64,000 nucleotides of DNA from Bacteroidota bacterium (lineage in GTDB: Bacteria; Bacteroidota; Bacteroidia; Flavobacteriales; Schleiferiaceae): the NCBI GenBank assembly GCA_041158165.1, contig JBEBBW010000002.1, positions 19,185-83,184 of the forward strand, read 5' to 3'. The notes beneath the pieces were generated by a model. That model was not told the origin of the DNA and did no database searches. It worked only from the letters and a program-made list of their open reading frames with translations. The position numbers were made by a program, and so were the translations under genes. Position 1 is the stretch's first letter; each line of letters begins with the position of its first letter. Of the stretch, positions 29,457-39,600 are shown piece after piece.

Positions 29457-31190
29457 ATGAGTACGATTTTGGATTCGGCCGCCGTGGAGCGCGCCGAGCT
29501 TTGGCTCAACAGCCCTATTGACGACGCCGACAAGGACGCCATCCGCCACCTTCGCGAGGCCGACCCCGCCGCGTTCAACGAAGCATTTTACACCGAACTT
29601 GAATTTGGTACAGGCGGACTGCGCGGACTGATGCGCTTGGGCAGCAACGGCATCAACCGCTACACCGTAGGCCTGGCGACCCAAGGCCTGGCGAACTACG
29701 TGCTGCAGGCCAGCGCTACCCCGTCGGTGGCCATTGCCTTTGATTCGCGCAACCAATCTCCGGAATTTGCGCGCGAGGCCGCCACGGTCTTGGCCGCCAA
29801 CGGCGTGAACGTGTGGTTGTTTGAGGAACTGCGCCCGACGCCTGAATTGAGCTTCGCCGTGCGGCTCCATGGGTGCACCGCGGGCATTGTGATTACCGCG
29901 AGCCATAATCCGAAGGAGTACAACGGCTACAAGGTGTACTGGAGCGACGGCGGGCAAATCGTGCCCCCGAACGACAAGGAATTGCTTGCGGCAGTGCGCG
30001 CAGTCAGCCTAGCCGACGTCAAGCGCAGCGGCGGCAGCGGCACGATTCGCTCGCTTGGACGCGAGACCGACGAGGCCTATTTGGGCGCACTCGAAACGCT
30101 TTCGCTGAACCGCCAAGGGAATTCCGCCTTAGGCATCGTCTTCACGGCCCTACACGGAACCTCGATCACCCTGCTCCCTGAGGCGCTTCGGCGCTGGGGC
30201 TTCAGCAAGGTAGACGTGCTCGAATCCCAGGCCGCGCCCGACGGCAATTTTCCGACGGTCCACTCGCCCAATCCCGAGGAATCCGCTGCGTTGGCTCAAG
30301 CCGTAGCCCGCGCAGAGGAACGTGGCTACGACTTCGTGGTGGGATGCGACCCCGACAGCGACCGCGTGGGAATCGCGGTGCGCGACGACCAAAAAGAACT
30401 GGTGCTCCTGAACGGGAACCAGGCTGCCGCGGTCCTAATGGACTATGTCTTGGCGCAGCGCAGCGCCCAAGGAAGCATGCCCCCAAATCCCTTTGTGGCC
30501 AGCACGGTGGTCACCTCTCCGTTGCTGCTCCGCGTGGCCGAACACTACGGGGTGGATGCGACCGAAACCCTGACCGGTTTCAAATGGATTGCGGAACAAA
30601 TTCGCCTCCGCGAGGGCAAGCAGCATTTCGTGGTCGGCGGTGAAGAAAGCTACGGATACCTGGCTGGCGACTTTGTTCGCGACAAAGACGCCATTGGCTC
30701 TGCCTGCCTTTTGGCCGAGGCGGCCGCGTACCATGCCGCCCAGGGATCTAGTTTCTACCGTGCCCTACTCGACCTTTATGCCCGCCATGGGGTGCACCAA
30801 GACGAACTGCTCAGCGTGACCAAGCCCGGCCGCAGCGGCCTCGAAGAGATTCAGGCCATCATGAGCCGGTTGCGCACGAACGCCCCAAGCGATGTAGCGG
30901 GCTTTGACGTCGCTGAAGTACTGGACTACCAAAGCCAGTGGCGAACCGCCGTGGCAACCGGGGCCAAAACGCCAATTGCGCTGCCCAAATCCAACGTAAT
31001 TCAGCTCGTGCTCGCCAACGGCGACCGCATTACCGCCCGACCAAGCGGCACCGAACCCAAGATTAAGTACTACTTCAACGTCGTGGGTTCCCACCTCGAC
31101 GAAGCCAATCGGGCAGCGCAGTACCGAAGGCTGCGGAGCGAGCTCGCGGCCCGCGTAGAAGCGTACCGCAGCGCACTGAAGAAGTACTAA
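29457..31190 (+). CDS. phospho-sugar mutase (phosphoglucomutase/phosphomannomutase family, PgcA-like)
   Basis: I trimmed the start to MSTILDSAAVERAELWL. GIVITASHNPKEYNGYKVY is the phosphoserine loop, followed by GCDPDSDR and GGEESYG motifs. The longer ORF in the track overlaps ribH and I treat it as a spurious extension. Confidence 0.9.
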   Translation: MSTILDSAAVERAELWLNSPIDDADKDAIRHLREADPAAFNEAFYTELEFGTGGLRGLMRLGSNGINRYTVGLATQGLANYVLQASATPSVAIAFDSRNQSPEFAREAATVLAANGVNVWLFEELRPTPELSFAVRLHGCTAGIVITASHNPKEYNGYKVYWSDGGQIVPPNDKELLAAVRAVSLADVKRSGGSGTIRSLGRETDEAYLGALETLSLNRQGNSALGIVFTALHGTSITLLPEALRRWGFSKVDVLESQAAPDGNFPTVHSPNPEESAALAQAVARAEERGYDFVVGCDPDSDRVGIAVRDDQKELVLLNGNQAAAVLMDYVLAQRSAQGSMPPNPFVASTVVTSPLLLRVAEHYGVDATETLTGFKWIAEQIRLREGKQHFVVGGEESYGYLAGDFVRDKDAIGSACLLAEAAAYHAAQGSSFYRALLDLYARHGVHQDELLSVTKPGRSGLEEIQAIMSRLRTNAPSDVAGFDVAEVLDYQSQWRTAVATGAKTPIALPKSNVIQLVLANGDRITARPSGTEPKIKYYFNVVGSHLDEANRAAQYRRLRSELAARVEAYRSALKKY

Positions 31191-31199
31191 CTTGGGGAC

Positions 31200-32456
31200 A
31201 TGAAAGTCCTTTTTGTCCTGCTGCTGGGCCTAGCCGTTTGGGTGGTCGTGGTACAGCCGAGTTCGGCACAATCCAGTCCCTCGGGGCGAGAAACATGGTT
31301 TCGCGCCCAAATCACGTTGCGCGCCGCTCAGGGCACGGATGCCGCGTGGCTGCTGCCATTTGAGTTGGTTTCGGTAGACCAGGGCGCCAAGGCCAAGCCC
31401 GAATTTTTTATCGTCAATGGCGCTGAGCGCTTGCCGTTGGCCTACGTGGGCGCCAACGCCGAGGGCTACGAGCGATATGAACTTCCGTACTTCCCCGGGG
31501 AGCTGTGGTGGCGCAAGGAGGGCAGCGCTTGGAACGGGTTCTGGGTTCGCCCGGACCGCGGCGAGCGCTACGATTTGCGCTTGGAGCGAGGACCCCTTCC
31601 TCGGTTTGACCTGCCCGAAGGCCGCGGACCCAGGGAAGTTTTGGCCGCCCGCTACGGGTTGAAAATGCACCATCCCGACCAGCCTGCCGACCAGGGAAGC
31701 AATGCCATTGCGGTGCTGGAAGAGCAGGCCGACGGACGCGTGTTCGGAACGATCATGACCGAATCGGGCGACTACCGCTACCTGGCCGGAACCCGCCGCG
31801 GGAACCGCGTTCACCTCAGCACGTTTAATGGGGTGTTTGCCTATGTGTTTGAGCTGGAATTGCTGCCGGGCGGCGGGATTCAGGGCCGCCAAATCGTGAG
31901 TGCCACCCGAGCGCAGTCCATCGTTGGCAAGGCTGACCCCGAAGCGAAGTTGGCCGATCCCACGAGCCTAGCTGCGATGAAGCCGGGCGCGACGACCCTG
32001 ACGTTTTCGCTACCGCACTACCAAACAGGCGCGCTTTTTAGTCCCGAATTGGGCAAGCCCGCCGTGATTCAAATTATGGGTTCTTGGTGCCCGAACTGCG
32101 TCGACGAGAGTAATGCGTTCAAGCAGTTTCACGCAGCGTATCCTGACGTGCAGTTTTTTGGTGTGACGTTTGAACGCAGCGCCGAGCGCGAGGCCGCTTT
32201 TGGCGCCATCGATAAGTTCGTTCGCGGCTTGGACCTTCGCTACCCGATTTTGTTCGCGGGACGGGCCGAGCGCGGAGCCGTGGAACGCGCGCTTGACGGC
32301 CTGGGCAACTTCCACTCCTACCCGACAACGATTTACCTGGACAAGCAAGGACGTGTGCGCAAGATTTACAGCGGTTTTTACGGACCCGGAACGCCGGAGT
32401 ACGAACCGTGGCTTCAGGAAACGCAAGCGTTCATTGAAAAGCTCCGGTCCGAATGA
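31200..32456 (+). CDS. TlpA-family thiol-disulfide oxidoreductase with N-terminal beta-rich extension
   Basis: 418 aa with a signal peptide. The thioredoxin fold carries IMGSWCPNCVDE (CxxC) near aa 300. Confidence 0.8.
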   Translation: MKVLFVLLLGLAVWVVVVQPSSAQSSPSGRETWFRAQITLRAAQGTDAAWLLPFELVSVDQGAKAKPEFFIVNGAERLPLAYVGANAEGYERYELPYFPGELWWRKEGSAWNGFWVRPDRGERYDLRLERGPLPRFDLPEGRGPREVLAARYGLKMHHPDQPADQGSNAIAVLEEQADGRVFGTIMTESGDYRYLAGTRRGNRVHLSTFNGVFAYVFELELLPGGGIQGRQIVSATRAQSIVGKADPEAKLADPTSLAAMKPGATTLTFSLPHYQTGALFSPELGKPAVIQIMGSWCPNCVDESNAFKQFHAAYPDVQFFGVTFERSAEREAAFGAIDKFVRGLDLRYPILFAGRAERGAVERALDGLGNFHSYPTTIYLDKQGRVRKIYSGFYGPGTPEYEPWLQETQAFIEKLRSE

Positions 32457-32953
32457 AGCCTTCGGGACCTGAGGCCTTCCTAAAACGACTCAAACGGCAA
32501 CCTCCGAGGGACCTTGATGCCGTGGTGCACGAGCTTCACGACGCCGTTTTTGCCCGCACCAATTGCCTTGACTGCGCGAACTGCTGCAAAACGACCGGCC
32601 CGCTGTGGACCGAACGCGACAAAGACCGTGTGGCCAAGCGCCTTCGGCTCAAAACAGCGGACTTTGAGGCCCGCTACCTGCGCCTTGACGAAGATGGCGA
32701 TTGGGTGCTGCGGCAGCTCCCCTGCCCGTTCTTGGAGTCTGACAACGCCTGCAGCATCTATGAGGACCGGCCTAAGGCATGCCGCGAATACCCCCACACC
32801 GACCGCGTCAAGCAGGTCCAAATTCTGGATTTAACTGCTAAGAATGCGCTGATTTGCCCCGCGGTGGGCGAAATCGTAGCCCGAATGGAGGTTATCTACG
32901 CCGAAAAATCGGCAGGACCCACGCCAGCATCACCACGAGGACGGCGCCGATAA
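32453..32953 (+). CDS. YkgJ family cysteine-cluster protein
   Basis: 166 aa. It has the CLDCANCCKT cluster and a downstream ..CPFL..NACSIYEDRPKACREYP motif. Its ATG overlaps the upstream stop (ATGA). Confidence 0.8.
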   Translation: MKPSGPEAFLKRLKRQPPRDLDAVVHELHDAVFARTNCLDCANCCKTTGPLWTERDKDRVAKRLRLKTADFEARYLRLDEDGDWVLRQLPCPFLESDNACSIYEDRPKACREYPHTDRVKQVQILDLTAKNALICPAVGEIVARMEVIYAEKSAGPTPASPRGRRR

Positions 32954-34547
32954 GGTTGTACCACAAAAAGCCGAGCTCCACGTGACCTGCGACGGTGGCC
33001 GCATGGAGTCCGAGCACCGAGGCTTCTGCGGCAATGCCCGCTACGAAGACCGACCAGGATGGCCGCTTCGGGAACAGCCATGCGCACAAGAAAATACCGA
33101 GCAAGGGCCCATAAAACAGCGAGCCGATGAGGTTGACGAGCTGTATGAGGTTTTCGTACAGGCTGGCCAAGAGGGCAATTCCCATGGCGACGAGACCCCA
33201 AAGAAGCGTCACCCACCGCGAGGTGGCGAGCGTTTCGCGCAAGCCGAGCATGCGCCCAAAGTCGATCATCGACGTGGCCGCCAAGGAATTGATTTCGGCA
33301 CTGGAGCTCGACATGGCCCCAGCCATGATGACGGCGAGGAGCAGGCCGAGCAATCCGACGGGCATGTGGTTAAGGGCCCACCCCAAGAAAACGTAGTCCA
33401 CGTCTTTGGTTTCGAGCTCAGGCGCACGGTCCTTGACCACCGAAGTGGCCTGGGCTTTGAGGTTTTGTTGTTCCGAGCGGAGCGCCGCGAGTGCCGCTTG
33501 GCGCTCGGGGGTTTCGGGAGCGGCCGCAAGCTGGGCCCGTTCCGACTGCAGCTGTGCCCATTGCGCATCAATCGACGCAGCCTCGGGAAGGGTTTTCCAG
33601 GTTGACGCCACCGCAGGGTTGTGCCACAAGGGTTCGGTGGACAGGTGCATGCGCACAAGGAGCAGCAAGCCAAGACTCAAAATGAACAACTGCATGGGCA
33701 CCTTGACGAGCCCGGTCACAAGGAATCCGCGGCGAATTTCGGTTAAGCTTTTGCCCGAAAGGTAGCGGCCGACCTGGCTTTGGTCCGTTCCGAAGTAGGC
33801 CATTGCGAGAAAAAAGCCGCCCGCGATCCCGGACCAAACGGTGTAGCGACTAGCCGGATTCCAGGACCAATCAAGTACTTGGTCGTGGCCGTAGGCCGAG
33901 GCGATGGACCACGCCCCCTTCAACCCCATTTCAGTGGGAATCCCTTGGTAAAGCACCAGCCAGGCCGCTACGAGCCCAACCATGATTACCGCCATTTGTG
34001 CAGTCTGGGTCACTTCCACGGCCTTGTACCCGCCAAACGCCGTGTAGGCCACGACCACGAGTCCGATTGCTACGACTGTGGCGCCAAGATCCCAGTGAAA
34101 GACGGCCGAGAGCACGATGGCCGGCGCATACAGGGTAATGCCCGCCGCGAGGCTGCGCGACAGCAAAAAGAGTACGGCAGCGAGTCCCCGAACGCGGGAT
34201 CCAAAAATACCCTCGAGGTATTCGTAGGCGGTGCGGGCTCCGCTTTGCATGTAGCGCGGAACCACCCAGGCTCCGAGAACCAACAGGGCGATGGGCATAC
34301 CCAAGTAAAACTGGGCGAAGCGAAGTCCGTCGGCAAAACCCTGACCGGGGGTGCTGATGAAGGTGATGGCCGACGCTTGGGTCGCGATGATACCCATCGC
34401 CATGGCCCACCAACTCGATTGGTGGGTGCCGCTTAGGAATTCGGTAGCAGACTCCTTTCGGCGCGAAACCCACATTCCGTAGAGGGCAATGCCGCCGATG
34501 CTCAGCACGAGGGCGGCTAAGTCCCAAGGATTGAGGCTAGTGTTCAT
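32892..34547 (-). CDS. sodium:solute symporter (SSS family)
   Basis: 551 aa with about 13 or more TM segments and an SSS-like N-terminus (..FLSGTHQSSWWAMAMGIIATQASAITFISTPGQGF..). Overlaps the upstream PIG-L gene by 11 nt. Confidence 0.85.
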   Translation of the reverse strand: MNTSLNPWDLAALVLSIGGIALYGMWVSRRKESATEFLSGTHQSSWWAMAMGIIATQASAITFISTPGQGFADGLRFAQFYLGMPIALLVLGAWVVPRYMQSGARTAYEYLEGIFGSRVRGLAAVLFLLSRSLAAGITLYAPAIVLSAVFHWDLGATVVAIGLVVVAYTAFGGYKAVEVTQTAQMAVIMVGLVAAWLVLYQGIPTEMGLKGAWSIASAYGHDQVLDWSWNPASRYTVWSGIAGGFFLAMAYFGTDQSQVGRYLSGKSLTEIRRGFLVTGLVKVPMQLFILSLGLLLLVRMHLSTEPLWHNPAVASTWKTLPEAASIDAQWAQLQSERAQLAAAPETPERQAALAALRSEQQNLKAQATSVVKDRAPELETKDVDYVFLGWALNHMPVGLLGLLLAVIMAGAMSSSSAEINSLAATSMIDFGRMLGLRETLATSRWVTLLWGLVAMGIALLASLYENLIQLVNLIGSLFYGPLLGIFLCAWLFPKRPSWSVFVAGIAAEASVLGLHAATVAGHVELGFLWYNLIGAVLVVMLAWVLPIFRRR

Positions 34548-36564
34548 GGGCCACGAGGTTTGCTAGGATGCGGTACGCGCCGGGAACTCCTTCACGCCAC
34601 TGCCGAAAGAGCGCTAGACCACAGTACGTTACGCTTCCTTGGCCGTAGCGCGCCGTGATCAGGGCGCCTTGGGTTGCGGATTCTCCGGGGTCGGACCATT
34701 CGATGAGCGGCGTGTAGTCGGATGGCCATTTTTCGGCGAAGTAGAGTCCGCGCTCTTGAACCCAGCCCTCAAAGTCGGCGGCAGTCAGGGTGTTGGGCGT
34801 CGTCCAAATCGGGTGCTTTGGCTTAAGGACGGTGGGCGGCACCGATTCAACGGTTACCCGTTTGCGCCCGAGTTCAAACGGAATGGGACCCATTTGGTCG
34901 GCCGTGCGGTCGGTGCTAGCCGTAGTATACTGCATGACCAGGCGCCCTCCCGCCTTAATCCAGGGCTCGAGGAGCGCGTTGGCGCGGTCCATTCCCGGCG
35001 TGGCGTTGAAGGCGCGGATTCCAGTAACAACGGCCGAGAGGCCATTCAGGTCCTGGGCGGTCATCGTGCGCGGATCCAGTTGGCGCACCGCAAATCCGAG
35101 TTGCCCTAGCGCCTCAGCCGCGTCGTCGCCTGCACCCTCGATCACGCCCACAGTCGCCTCTGGGAGGTTCATCGGCAGGTAGCGCATCGGAATTCCTCCT
35201 TCGGTCCAAACCTCGGTGTGGGGAATGTGGTCGTAGCGGAGCTCCACCACCGCGCGCAGGGCCCGGCCGTCCGACCAAAACTCAAGTAATCCAGGCTCTG
35301 GGTTAGCGCCGGGCTCAACCACCACAACGTAGCGCTGATCTCGGTCGCTGTGGGGTGCGGCCGTCCACTTCAGCACGTTGGGCGAACGAAGCTTCCAGCC
35401 CTTGGGCACGCGGACCTCCACCGCGAAGTCCTTGGCCAAGGCCCAGCGGGTAAAGGTGACGTCGATGCGGTAGGCTATGTCATGGGTTGCGACCAGCGCG
35501 GGCAGCTCCACGTGCACGCTCAGCGGGTCGGCGTGAATCACGGGGCGGCGAAGTTCGCCTTTCACGCGGTCGCCTGCAGTGCAGTAGGCCGTCTCGAGCG
35601 GATTCGCTTCAAATTCCGCGCGTTCGCCGGGCTGCAGAAGTCGGCCGTAGACTTCAAAGGGCTCAGGGGATTCGTTGACCGCCACTTCCCAACGGCGAAG
35701 GGGCAGGCTGTCGCGGTCCGTAAACCACGGCCGGTCGGCGAGCACGTCACGCCAGAGGTGCAGCGGAGGGCGTTCACTCGGAATACGGGGCGTATCCCAG
35801 GCGCAGGGCTGTCCGGCCAGCAGCTGCAAAAATTCGTTTCGGAATCCGTGGTCGTTGACGGCTCCAAAGCCTTGGGACTTGTGCATGCTGCGGGCCTCGG
35901 TGCCGATTTGAAGCACGGATTTGCCCAACGCCTCGTGGTAGCCCCCGATGCGAAGCTTTACCAAACTGTCGCTCACCGACGCGGAATCCAAGTCCTTTGC
36001 CCACCACGACGAGGTATTCCAGTACACGGCTCGAGGCGCCCAGTCGCCGTTGCACTTGCGGTCGCGCTGCAGCCGTGCAAAGAGGTCGAGCGCAAGCATG
36101 GCTGAAGCCGTGTGATGGCCGTGACCAGCCCGGGCATCGGGCGGAAAACGCGTCACAATGACGTCCGGTCGGAATTCCGCAGCCAACGCAAAGAGTTCGC
36201 CCAGAACGAGTTCGCGATCCCACACCTGAAACGTCTCTTCTGGGTTTTTGCTGAATCCAAAGTCCGGCGCCGAGGTAAAAAACTGCTGAGCGCCGTCGAT
36301 TTTTCGGGCTTCGCGCAGTTCCGCTTCGCGAATTACGCCCAAGGCGGGTCCCAATTCGGGGCCGATCAGGTTTTGTCCGCCCTCGCCACGCGTCAAACTG
36401 ACGTAGGCCACCTCGCGCCCCTCGGCCCGGGACCAGTGGGCAATGAGACGCGTGTTTTCGTCGTCGGGATGCGCGGCAACGTAGAGTATTCGCTGTACCG
36501 GCTGCGCACTCGCTCCCGCGGCCAAGCCCGCCGCCAGCGCAAGCGTTAAACTAAACTTCGTCAT
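34537..36564 (-). CDS. PIG-L (LmbE) family deacetylase, large multidomain form
   Basis: 675 aa with a signal peptide. ILYVAAHPDDENTRLI plus ..HGHHTAS.. are the PIG-L zinc-site motifs. A long C-terminal extension follows. Confidence 0.85.
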   Translation of the reverse strand: MTKFSLTLALAAGLAAGASAQPVQRILYVAAHPDDENTRLIAHWSRAEGREVAYVSLTRGEGGQNLIGPELGPALGVIREAELREARKIDGAQQFFTSAPDFGFSKNPEETFQVWDRELVLGELFALAAEFRPDVIVTRFPPDARAGHGHHTASAMLALDLFARLQRDRKCNGDWAPRAVYWNTSSWWAKDLDSASVSDSLVKLRIGGYHEALGKSVLQIGTEARSMHKSQGFGAVNDHGFRNEFLQLLAGQPCAWDTPRIPSERPPLHLWRDVLADRPWFTDRDSLPLRRWEVAVNESPEPFEVYGRLLQPGERAEFEANPLETAYCTAGDRVKGELRRPVIHADPLSVHVELPALVATHDIAYRIDVTFTRWALAKDFAVEVRVPKGWKLRSPNVLKWTAAPHSDRDQRYVVVVEPGANPEPGLLEFWSDGRALRAVVELRYDHIPHTEVWTEGGIPMRYLPMNLPEATVGVIEGAGDDAAEALGQLGFAVRQLDPRTMTAQDLNGLSAVVTGIRAFNATPGMDRANALLEPWIKAGGRLVMQYTTASTDRTADQMGPIPFELGRKRVTVESVPPTVLKPKHPIWTTPNTLTAADFEGWVQERGLYFAEKWPSDYTPLIEWSDPGESATQGALITARYGQGSVTYCGLALFRQWREGVPGAYRILANLVAHEH

Positions 36565-36602
36565 TCTCGTTCTAAATTGTACCTCTTATTCTCGTTTCGC
36601 TG

Positions 36603-39600
36603 ATGAAAGTACGCCTACTTGCCGTGGCCGCCCTAGTGGCAGGCCAATTGTTTGCCCAAAATACTATACCGAACACCGCTCGAGTTCTTCTGCAATCGGG
36701 CACGTATTCACTTTTGGAGTCTAGTGCAGAACAGGTTCGCGGCATGGGCTCAACGAGTGGCCGACAAGTGCGCGTTGTTGCCTTTAATCGCCCTTTGACG
36801 CAGCTAGAATGGGCGACGTGGAGTGCGAAGGGCGCGATAAACCACGGCTACCTTCCGCTGAACGCCTACCTCGTAGAATTCCAGCGGGAAGATTCGTGGT
36901 TGGAGCTCGCCAACCTGCCAATACTCGGAGCCAGCCCCTTTACTCCCCTAATGAAGTTGAGTAGCCAGCTCGCGGAAGGCTCTTTTCCCGATTATGCATG
37001 GTCAGGCGCAGACGTAGAGCTTTTGGTGGTTCCGCTCGCAACCGCTTCGCGCGAAGCAGTAGTCCGCGACCTCAACCGAATTGGCCGTGTAGTCGGCAGT
37101 TCCGCACTTGGAATCCAGGTGGTAATCAAGCCCGCCGACCTCGGGCGAGTTACCAAGCTGGCCGACGTGCAGTTCGTGCAACCTAAAGAGGCTCCCGCAG
37201 AACCAGAAAACGTAATCGGCACCAAAAACCACCGCGCCAATGCGATTCGCGTTCCGTACCTCGGCGGCCGAAACTACCGCGGGACTGGGGTAACCGTCGG
37301 CCACGGCGACGACGGCGACATTCAGCCCCACATTGATTTCAAAGGACGTATTGCGGCGAATTTTGGCGGACCCAGCCAAGGAAACCACGGAGACCACGTA
37401 GCCGGTACCATATTCGGCGCAGGAAACCTAAACCCCGACGGCGAAGGCCAAGCCCCGGGTGCCTCGCTCGTCTACTACGACTACCCCGCCAACCTGAACA
37501 GCGTCGACAACCACTACGCGCTCTATGGGGTGCGCGTAACCGCCAGCAGCTACTCCAACGGCTGCAACGCCGGCTACACCGCGTTCACACAGCAAATGGA
37601 CCAAGACATCATCGACAACTACCATTTGATGCACGTGTTCTCGGCCGGCAACAGCGGTACGTCCAACTGCAACTACGGCGCCGGTGCGGGTTGGGGCAAC
37701 ATCACTGGCGGACAAAAACAGGGCAAAAACGTGATTGCCGTCGCCAACCTCCAAGGCACTGACGTGATCGCGGGCTCAAGTAGCCGTGGCCCCGCGCACG
37801 ACGGCCGTATCAAGCCTGACGTAGCTGCTTTAGGCACCAACGTTTTCTCGTGTTCATCCCCAAATAGCTACGCCACCTTAACCGGAACATCGATGGCCTG
37901 TCCTGGAACCGCGGGCGTATTGGCTCAGCTTTACGACGCCTACCGCCAAACACATTCGGGCCAGGACCCCCACGGCGGCCTCATGAAGGCGATTTTAATG
38001 AACACTGCCGACGATCTGGGTCAACCGGGGCCAGACTTCATTCACGGCTACGGGCGTATGAACGCGCTGCGGGCCGCCAAAAGCATCGAGCAAAACCAGT
38101 TCGCCAAAGACAGCCTTTCTCCGGGCGAAACCGACACGTTGCGCATTACGGTGCCGGTTGGCACACAGGCAGTGCGCATCATGCTGCACTGGACCGACCC
38201 GGCCGCCACAGTCAACGCGGGCCGTGCGCTGGTCAACAACCTAAACGGAGTGCTCAAACAGGGCACGTCAAGCTGGCTGCCCTGGGTGCTCAATCCCACT
38301 CCTACGGCTACGGCGCTCAATAGCCCCGCGGTACGCGCGGTCGACAGCCTCAATACGGCGGAGCAGTTTGAAGTGCTTAACCCTACTCCGGGTGACTTTG
38401 ACTTGATCGTGAGCGGAAGCGTAGCCGTTGGAAGTGCCCAAGAGTACTTTGTGACGTGGTCGTTTGTGGCTGCCGACGTAGAACTCACCTACCCCGTGGG
38501 CGGCGAAGTTTTGGTGGCTGGTCAAACCACGCCAGTGCGCTGGGATTCAGAGCCCAACGGCACAGCCTACCAACTGAGTGCTTCCTACGACAACGGGGCA
38601 ACGTGGAGTGTCATCGCCAACCCCGGAGCCAACGCCGACCAAGCGAACTGGTCGGTACCCGCGGGGGTAAACGACCAAATGTGGCTGCGCATCGTGCGCG
38701 GCACCCAAGGGGACACAACCGACGTGGTACTTAGCCGCATCGGCGTGCCCACCAACCTCAACCACCAATGGACCTGCCCGGATTCCTTCAAAGTATCTTG
38801 GAACCCCGTGGTTGGCGCAGCCGGCTACGTAGTCTACCGCCTCGGCGCAAAGTACATGGATCCTGTCGACACAGTGACCGCCACCAACTATGTGTTCACC
38901 GGCAGCAACCCCAACGTCGCCGAGTGGTTTAGCGTGGCGGCGCTAACGCCGGCCGGCCGAGCAGGAAAACGCGCTGTTGCCGTGGAAAAACCAGCCGGAA
39001 TTCAAGGTTGCATCGTCACCCAGGATGCCGCCTTGTCGGCAATTGTCAACCCTTCTGGCCGAATGCCGGATTGCCAGCCACTAGGTAGTATTCCGATTGA
39101 AGTTCGGCTCCTGAATCCTGCGACCCAGGCCCTAACCTCGGTACCCGTCGCGGTCCGCCTTGGCACTGGACCCATCCAGCGCGATACGGTTGCGGTACAA
39201 TTAACTTCTACCCAATCTACCGTGGTTCAGCTCGCGCCAACCCTGAGCCTGCCGGGCATTGGCAACTACTCCATTCGGGTGTGGACTGAACTTCCTGGCG
39301 ACCAAAACCCCTACAACGACACACTCAGCACGAGCGTGAACGTGACAGCGAGCGGCACGCCGGTCAGCCTGCCCTACGCCGAGAACTTCAGCAGCTTTGT
39401 GAGCTGCCCGACCACCTCAAACTGCGGCGTGACCACCTGCTCCCTCACCAACGGCTGGGTGAACGCAACCAACGGCAGCGAAGACCAGCACGACTGGCGC
39501 ACCGACGCAGGCGGTACCCCCACGACCGGAACCGGTCCTACGGGCGGTGCCAACGGTGGCGGCCCAACCGACAACTACCTCTACTTGGAAGCAACCAACT

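Noticed and set aside
30747-30757. CTAGTTTCTAc inside the pgm coding region, a 10/11 match to the intergenic CTAG motif.
   Set aside because: It lies in frame within conserved coding sequence (G-S-S-F-Y-R) and lacks the palindromic partner. I treat it as a chance near-match and keep it as a caveat to the CTAG-repeat finding.
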